A stretch of DNA of 48,980 bases, taken from the NCBI GenBank assembly GCA_008369845.1, contig MRSU01001426.1, positions 1-48,980 on the forward strand, written 5' to 3'. Under the pieces are notes generated by a model. The model was not told the DNA's origin and did not search any database. It worked only from the letters and a program-made list of their open reading frames with translations. This DNA comes from Trichomonas gallinae (Eukaryota). The position numbers and the translations under genes were made by a program. Below, piece after piece: positions 42,537 through 48,980 of the stretch; position 1 is the stretch's first letter; the number at the start of each line of letters is the position of its first letter.

Positions 42537-43457
42537 ATGAAAATCGCAACAATCGAAGAAAGAGAAGGAATTGTTTTCGATGCTTGCTGGCATCCGAGCG
42601 GCAAATACCTTGCTGTTTCTGCCGCTGACGGTGTTTTAAAGATATTCGAATACAAAGACGGAAAGTTTAATGAAATTGCTTCAAAACAAAGAGAAAGGAC
42701 AGCGCGCAGATGCAGATTCTCACCAGATGGATCTAAAATCGTTGTTGCTGGCTTCGATGAGAACGCAATCGTTTACGAATTTTCTCCAGATAAAAAAGAA
42801 GTCTTATCGACAGATGGAACACTCACAGGACACGATGCTGAGATCAAAACAGCACGTTGGTCACCAAATGGAGAGTTAATTGTCACTTCAAGCCGAGATA
42901 AATCTGTTTGGGTCTGGGACGTCTCAGAATACGATTTCATTGCCGTACACAACGAGCACACAGCCGATGTTAAGGATGCCATGTTCTCTCCAGACGGAAA
43001 ATTCATTGTTTCCGTTTCTTTCGATGAAAAAGTTAAAGTTTGGGAAGCACAAGAAGAGCTTGGCTCTTTACAGACGTTTTCACACCATGTTGGCACTGTG
43101 TGGAGCTTAGCCTTTAACACAGACGACAACAGCTTCATTTCTCTCGGTGAAGACGGAAAAATTAATTTATACAAACTAGAAAAAGGCGCGTATCAGCTCG
43201 CAGCTGAGTTACCATTGCAGGGTGAACTTGAGCCACTCTATACAGCATACTACCATGATCATAAGTGGTTCGTTGCTGGCTCACAAACAAAAATTTTTGT
43301 TGTTGCAGAAGATTTGTCCAAAATCATTAAAGCAATACCTATCCCGCAGATGGGCGACATCAACTGCATAGCCGCCAAACCGGACTCGCCAAATCTAGTC
43401 GTTGTAGGAAATGATGATGGCTCAGTAATTCTCGTAGATATAGAAAAATCAGAATAA
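42537..43457 (+). CDS. CIAO1: WD40 cytosolic Fe-S assembly protein Cia1/CIAO1
   Basis: LTGHDAEIKTARWSPNGELIVTSSRDKSVWVWD and HNEHTADVK, HVGTVWSLAF, GDINCI match Cia1; likely start MKIATIEE at 42537 (alternative ATG 42483). Confidence 0.85.
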   Translation: MKIATIEEREGIVFDACWHPSGKYLAVSAADGVLKIFEYKDGKFNEIASKQRERTARRCRFSPDGSKIVVAGFDENAIVYEFSPDKKEVLSTDGTLTGHDAEIKTARWSPNGELIVTSSRDKSVWVWDVSEYDFIAVHNEHTADVKDAMFSPDGKFIVSVSFDEKVKVWEAQEELGSLQTFSHHVGTVWSLAFNTDDNSFISLGEDGKINLYKLEKGAYQLAAELPLQGELEPLYTAYYHDHKWFVAGSQTKIFVVAEDLSKIIKAIPIPQMGDINCIAAKPDSPNLVVVGNDDGSVILVDIEKSE

Positions 43458-43827
43458 AGTATATAAAGATTAGTTTTTATACAAACCATCTTATGGACAC
43501 CAATCCAAAGTTATGAGAATGAAATTATTTCTAAATTGAGAAAATTTCATTTGTTATTTTTGACAAAAAGTTCTTGCTTATGTGTATAATTTTTTTTTGT
43601 TTGCAACTAGGTGACATATTTGTAATTTTGGCCTTCATATGCTTATACGTTCTATACTCATAAAGAATTTCATATACATACGATATTCTGGCTGCAATTT
43701 CGAGGTCATTAGCATTAATGGATATAATTGTTAATGAAAGAATTCGTCTGGAAATTTGATTGAGTGATGCTGCTTTTGATTGATACAAGAAATATTTAAC
43801 AAAACAACAAAATAACAAAATAAAAAT

Positions 43828-45267
43828 CTATTTGATGAGCTGTGGCCATTTTTCCATGATTTCTGTAGAAATTTTAGAAATTTCATCTGAGTGTGAAGTG
43901 GATTCAACTATTTTCGGTGCTATATCATGCATTATTGTCTCGATATGTTTGTCAATAGAAGCACCACTTGATAAAGCCATTTTCACTGCCATCAAAGACA
44001 GCTTAAGGTCTTCTTTCATGCAGAATCTGCTGACACATAAAATATCTAGGCAAAGGTCAGGATTAGAAAGCTTCTTGTGCTCGTTCAACAGCTGCAAACA
44101 TTCAAGCGAGCATTCGCCTTTCATGCCGACTTCTCTGACCATTCCTTTCAGTCCCTTCAATCGAATCATCTCGCACATCCTAGCATTGGCGTTTTGCTTT
44201 CTCGAAATCGTCGCCAAAAACTCAGCTCTTGATGATCTGAACTGCTTGTATATATCTTTAGCACGCTTAGGATTCCCTTGATCATAAATATATGGGTCTA
44301 GTTTCTTCTTCTTCTTTTTCTTCTTTTTGTCTTTCTTCTTCTCGATGTTTTCGCTTTCTATGACTCTAAATGTCTTCGAGTCGAAAATTGAAATGGAAGG
44401 ATATAGATTCCCTCCACATATTGTTTCAACGCATTCATCAAACAAATTCGCGTCCAACAAAGAATCATTTGGTGTAATGAAATGGTCAACTGTTTCAATG
44501 GAAGCTGTCGAAAAAATCGAAATCGCTGCATCAGAAAATGCAGCAAACGTTGTTCCGTCTGGTGAGAACTTGACGACATTAGGAATCGAGTGGCCAACAA
44601 GATATGCTGTGTATATTTCGTCTGAATACAAGTTGTAAACGTGAATGCTTCGATCTTGGGCACAAGCAATGAGAACTTGGTCTTCTGGATGAAAATCTAG
44701 GCATGTGATAGGTGCTATATTGTCGGCAAATACGCCAACTTTAACACCTGTGAGAATATCAAATAAGTGAATTTGAGAATCCATTCCTGCAGCTGCTAAT
44801 ATACGTCCTTGTGGGCAGAACTTGATGCTATTTACTTGGCATTTAGTTATAAAGTATTGTTGTATAGGCATTTGATATTCAGTCGAAAATATTTTAATTT
44901 TGCCGTTTATGTCACCAACAGCAACGTAATTCGATGACACAGGATGTATTGTTATTGCTGTGACTGCTGATTCATCAGGAAGCCAGCTCATTATAGTTTT
45001 TTGATCTTCTAAATCGATGATTGTTACATATCCTTCTGTAGTAGCAAGCGCGATTTGATCTTCTTGGTAGTTGAATGTCATTACCGATATATTTGAGTTA
45101 AAAGGCCCAAATTGTAAAATTGGATTTTTTTCATAAACAGACCAGAGAAAGATATTTCTGTCAGGAGATGCTGTGGCATAGACTTTGCCAGATCTTCGGC
45201 CTATGCATGCCGCAGTTATCTCTTTAGTGTGAGCCTCTTGCCCGAAAATATAAATTCGAGGAGGCAT
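43828..45267 (-). CDS. Katanin p80-like WD40 protein
   Basis: EAHTKEITAACIGRRSGKVYATASPDRNIFLW N-terminus, six WD repeats, Lys-rich linker, helical C-terminal domain (RAEFLATISRK...DLCLDIL); track start is TTG, ATG at 45267 follows TCATTCATAAG. Confidence 0.75.
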   Translation of the reverse strand: MPPRIYIFGQEAHTKEITAACIGRRSGKVYATASPDRNIFLWSVYEKNPILQFGPFNSNISVMTFNYQEDQIALATTEGYVTIIDLEDQKTIMSWLPDESAVTAITIHPVSSNYVAVGDINGKIKIFSTEYQMPIQQYFITKCQVNSIKFCPQGRILAAAGMDSQIHLFDILTGVKVGVFADNIAPITCLDFHPEDQVLIACAQDRSIHVYNLYSDEIYTAYLVGHSIPNVVKFSPDGTTFAAFSDAAISIFSTASIETVDHFITPNDSLLDANLFDECVETICGGNLYPSISIFDSKTFRVIESENIEKKKDKKKKKKKKKLDPYIYDQGNPKRAKDIYKQFRSSRAEFLATISRKQNANARMCEMIRLKGLKGMVREVGMKGECSLECLQLLNEHKKLSNPDLCLDILCVSRFCMKEDLKLSLMAVKMALSSGASIDKHIETIMHDIAPKIVESTSHSDEISKISTEIMEKWPQLIK

Positions 45268-46170
45268 CTTATGAATGATTTTCTCGATGAACAAAAAGTG
45301 GATTTATCACATTAATTCATTGATATTTTTGGATTTTAATTTAATAATTTAATAGACATAAAAACAAATATTTATATTATTTTATTTTTAAATATTTTAA
45401 TCTATAGGATATTTGAATAAAAATCATTTTATTTTCTATTATTTTACTAACTAGTCGACACCATTGATGGACCAAATTCATGGCATTTTAATATGATTTT
45501 ATGACTTCTGAATTGGTATTTATCATATGTTGTATCTTAGCTCTAAACTGCAGATAAGAAAAAAAATTATGATGTTTTTCGAATTAAATCATAGGGAAAT
45601 TTCCGTGGTATTTCATCTATGCAATCTGTATATTAGGATATGATGCCTATATAACTAGATTGATTTTTAATCTCAAAATATCATATTTTCATATAAACAT
45701 TTTGGTTTAATTCTATAATATTATATTAGTTGATACAGTAAATAACAATACTACAATAATAGAATCAATGATTTAATATCACAAAGAAAGTTTTGTTAAT
45801 GAAGTTTCTCTCGAGAAACTTTTTTATAATAAAAATGCAGAAGTCATAATTCTCTTTGGATATAGATTGATTACTAATTTAATCAAAAATGATAAGTTAA
45901 TTAAGCTAAAATATCAATTATTTACCATTTTTGTTTTTGATCTTTTCAAAAATGCGAAATTGCATGAAATATATAATATATAATGTGTATAAATACTACA
46001 TATCAACAAAATTTTCATTTTTAGCCAAGATTTTTATCTGATAATTTTTTTTCAACAGAAACAAGCGGCCAAAAAGCAAAATATAGAATGTATATCAAAT
46101 ATAGATGACTAAAATGGTATTTTAAAGCGATTTTATTTTAAATAGTTTACTTGGCCGGCCAAACAATTAA

Positions 46171-48980
46171 ATGTTGTTATTCGCTTTCTTATCTTTTGTT
46201 TCGTCAGTTGTTGTAGGCCTTGATATCGGCCACGCCAACATCAAAGCGGGCATGGGTAAGTTTAGCGGTGTCGTTGCTGTTAACAATCAGCAATCAAAGA
46301 AATTATCTCCTTCTTTCTTTACAATTTACAATTACTCAGATCCAAAGAACTCACATCCAAGGAACGGTGACCACTGGACACTCGAAGAAGTCGACGAATG
46401 CGCCTGGGACTACACAGCTCGTGCACAGGCAACGGGCAGGCGTTTCCCAGAAAACGTCATTCAGAGCTTTTACCCACTGTTGTCGAAGTCTATTGGCGTC
46501 ACCCACAGAGAAGCTCTCGCTTCAACATTGAGATATTTACTCTCAACAATCGATACAGGCGCTTACACACCAGAAAAGACACTTCTCACACTCTCAGTCG
46601 AACCATTCATGTCTCGCCATGAGAGATACGCACTCAGAGAAGCCGCAAAGCTCGCAAACACAACATTAACGTTCATTGTCGATTCCCCAACAGCTGTTGC
46701 TAACTACTACGTGCTCGGCAGAACAAACCGTCTCTCCAACAACATCGCTTTCATCGATATGGGCGCCACAGGCACCTGGATTGCGATTTTCAGCTTCAGC
46801 CAGATGGGCAAGGATGTTATCATGAACCAGAAGGCCCTCGTCGCCAATGGAACACTCGGAGGCAACCAGATGGACAAAGTTATCGGTGAATTCTTGTATC
46901 AGAAATTTGTCGAAAAGACAGGAAAGACATCTGACTCTCCTCGTGTCCGCAACACATTTACAGATGCTGGAAGATTAGCTAAAGAGCGTCTTTCAATCGA
47001 TATCGAATACACAGTCAATCTTGAAGATGTTATCGACGACAACGGCCTCGAATACGTCATGACACGCCAGCAGCTTAACGAGCTCCTTCGTCCATTCGCG
47101 GATTCCCTCGAATCTCTCATCCACAGCGCGATGGATAAAGCTGGCGTCAAAAAGATCGAAACAGTCGAATCTATCGGCGGCAACTCACGTCCACAGATCT
47201 TCCACGAGGTTATGTTCAATGTTTCTAAGTCAGAACAGATTTCTCACACATTAAACCCAGAAGAAGCTGTTATTCTCGGTGCCACTGTCTTGGGATCAAC
47301 TAGATCATCATCATACAGGCTTCCTAAGAAGATTAAATCAACAACATTCTGCAATACACATATCGAAGTCGAATTAAACGGAATTCGCAAGGATCTTTAC
47401 AATCCACACGACAAGCTCGAGAAGATGCAGCCAAGATACTACACATACAAGGAACTTAAGGGCGAAAACATCACAATTTGGTCAGATAACAACTACGAGC
47501 TTCCTCTTGACATTTTCAGCGTCAACTTCGACGAGAACACAACATACAACGACACAGATGAAGTTATGATCAAATACGGAATTGATGATTTCACATTACC
47601 ATATATTAACAGAGTTGAAGTCAACGGACAGAAGCTTAACGTTACACACTACTTCGCCGATTGGCAGCTCGATGAAGAGCGCTTCAACGCTTCACAGACA
47701 TTTATCTTCAAGATGGAAGAGATAGAACGCGACAGACACAACGCTTCATCAACACGCAATGAGCTCGAAGAGTATTTGTTCACAATCAGAACCAAATTAG
47801 AAGAAGACGACGAATTCAAAGAATTCTGTTCTACTGGAGACATAGAGAACATCACTCTCGCTCTTAAGGAAACACAGGAATTCCTCGACAACCTTACAAA
47901 TCCATATGCTCATTCTCAAGTTTTCAGAGACCAGCTCAGCAAATTCAAAGATACAACTAAAGATGTTGAAATGAGAATCGAAGAGTGGAAGTTGATCCCA
48001 GAGAACTTAGAAAGCTTGAACAAGACAATCAGAGAAGTCGCCAAGTACCTCAAGGAAGAAGTCCCGAAGAAGAGGCCATGGTTAGTCACACATTATGCTG
48101 ACACATATAACAACCTCGTCGATAACTATAACCATACTAAGGAGTGGCTCGAAGAGAACTATTACAACCTCACACACTGGAACAAGACAGTCAACCCAGA
48201 GACAAAGCACAACCAGATCAACGTCAAGCGCCAGATTCTCGAGTTCAACATGAATGGCTCTAAGCGCCAGAAGAAGCCAACGCCAACACCTAAGCCAACA
48301 CCAACACCAGAAGGCTGGACACCACCTCCACCAACACCAACTCCAGAACCAACACCAGACTACAGGCACAGACATAGACCACCACGTCCATATGACTCAG
48401 ACAGCGATTATTCTGACAGCGACCCAGACTTCAAGAAAGAAGAGAGCGACTTGGAGCCATTCGAGAAGGAGCACAGGCCCCCGACACCAGAAGAAATCGA
48501 CCGCAAGATCGAGAAGGACCAGCGCAGACACGAGAGAAGAATGATGCGCAGACATGAGAAGCACATGAAGAAGATGGAAGAGAGACACAGACGCCACAAG
48601 GAATACTTAGACCGCGGCGAGATCCCACCACCAGACACAGACTCAATAGAAGAGAGACGCAGAAGACACGAGAGACACATGCGTCGCCACGAACCACCGA
48701 CACCACCACCGCCACCACGTCCAGAGGGCTGGGAAGGCGAATGGCCACCAACACCACCTCCTCCACCTCCAACACACGATGTTCCACCAGAGCCACCGAA
48801 GCCAGAGGAAGTTCTGAAGACTGAAGAAGCGCCAAAAGTTGAGGAAGTTCCGAAGACTGAAGAAGCGCCAAAAGTTAAGGAAGTTCCAAAGACAGAAGAA
48901 GCACCAAAGGTTGAGGAAGTTCCAAAGACAGAAGAAGCACCAAAGGTTGAAGAAGTTCCAAAGATAGAAGAAGCACCAAA
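46171..48980 (+). CDS. Signal-peptide Hsp70-superfamily chaperone (Grp170/Lhs1/HYOU1-like), 3' end beyond the window; absent from the ORF track
   Basis: Hand translation of frame +1 is open from ATG 46171 to the window end (>936 codons): MLLFAFLSFVSSVVVGLDIG, IVDSPTAVA, FIDMGATGT, LGGNQMD, AKERLS, IGGNSRP, LNPEEAVILGA, RNELEEYLF. Confidence 0.92.
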   Translation, partial: MLLFAFLSFVSSVVVGLDIGHANIKAGMGKFSGVVAVNNQQSKKLSPSFFTIYNYSDPKNSHPRNGDHWTLEEVDECAWDYTARAQATGRRFPENVIQSFYPLLSKSIGVTHREALASTLRYLLSTIDTGAYTPEKTLLTLSVEPFMSRHERYALREAAKLANTTLTFIVDSPTAVANYYVLGRTNRLSNNIAFIDMGATGTWIAIFSFSQMGKDVIMNQKALVANGTLGGNQMDKVIGEFLYQKFVEKTGKTSDSPRVRNTFTDAGRLAKERLSIDIEYTVNLEDVIDDNGLEYVMTRQQLNELLRPFADSLESLIHSAMDKAGVKKIETVESIGGNSRPQIFHEVMFNVSKSEQISHTLNPEEAVILGATVLGSTRSSSYRLPKKIKSTTFCNTHIEVELNGIRKDLYNPHDKLEKMQPRYYTYKELKGENITIWSDNNYELPLDIFSVNFDENTTYNDTDEVMIKYGIDDFTLPYINRVEVNGQKLNVTHYFADWQLDEERFNASQTFIFKMEEIERDRHNASSTRNELEEYLFTIRTKLEEDDEFKEFCSTGDIENITLALKETQEFLDNLTNPYAHSQVFRDQLSKFKDTTKDVEMRIEEWKLIPENLESLNKTIREVAKYLKEEVPKKRPWLVTHYADTYNNLVDNYNHTKEWLEENYYNLTHWNKTVNPETKHNQINVKRQILEFNMNGSKRQKKPTPTPKPTPTPEGWTPPPPTPTPEPTPDYRHRHRPPRPYDSDSDYSDSDPDFKKEESDLEPFEKEHRPPTPEEIDRKIEKDQRRHERRMMRRHEKHMKKMEERHRRHKEYLDRGEIPPPDTDSIEERRRRHERHMRRHEPPTPPPPPRPEGWEGEWPPTPPPPPPTHDVPPEPPKPEEVLKTEEAPKVEEVPKTEEAPKVKEVPKTEEAPKVEEVPKTEEAPKVEEVPKIEEAP
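48805..48980 (+). repeat. Coding 36-bp tandem repeat (EEVPKTEEAPKV)n, at least 4.9 copies, truncated by the window end
   Basis: Units start at 48805, 48841, 48877, 48913 and 48949. Confidence 0.95.

Noticed and set aside
32055..43457. Functional cluster linking the Cys-motif microprotein with CIAO1
   Set aside because: About 10 kb and five unrelated genes apart; proximity alone is not evidence in a monocistronic eukaryotic genome
43531..43818. 95-aa minus ORF between CIAO1 and the katanin-like gene (also 41965-42156)
   Set aside because: TTG starts within 3' flanks and no recognisable motif; a decayed gene fragment cannot be excluded but is unsupported
46220..48544. Short plus-strand track ORFs 46220-46531, 46398-46622 and 48254-48544
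   Set aside because: Alternative frames inside the continuous Hsp70-family ORF starting at 46171
1..48980. Maverick/Polinton, mariner or Mutator elements, rRNA, or a laterally acquired bacterial operon
   Set aside because: No integrase, transposase, polB or capsid motifs, no terminal inverted repeats and no operon-like structure; genes are unrelated eukaryotic functions in mixed orientation

Overview
AT-rich eukaryotic genomic DNA with about 24 apparently intron-free genes and very short 5' leaders. Gene content (BspA-like LRR surface protein, large transmembrane PAS-adenylyl cyclase, CLN3-like transporter, centrin), Inr-like TCA(C/T)T elements just before ATGs and frequent TAA-A stop/polyadenylation signals point to a trichomonad, most likely Trichomonas vaginalis or a close relative (inference). 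Most genes are housekeeping: eIF4E, DH-PH-FYVE RhoGEF, NTF2-like, SGT1-like, Rad23-like, Noc2, SANT protein, CNOT11, ATG27/MRH-like, CIAO1, katanin p80. The ORF track misses a signal-peptide Hsp70-superfamily (Grp170/Lhs1-like) gene at 46171 that runs off the window end. Several track starts are TTG/GTG or over-extended and were re-assigned. I found no transposon, rRNA, canonical tRNA or CRISPR array, and no clearly supported new multi-gene system. The best leads are four tandem ~41-bp repeats that each hold a mini-ORF, two recurring non-coding motifs, a B-box hairpin followed by T25, two genes with defective starts, and several proteins with unusual architecture. All family calls come from motif recognition by eye; no database search was run.
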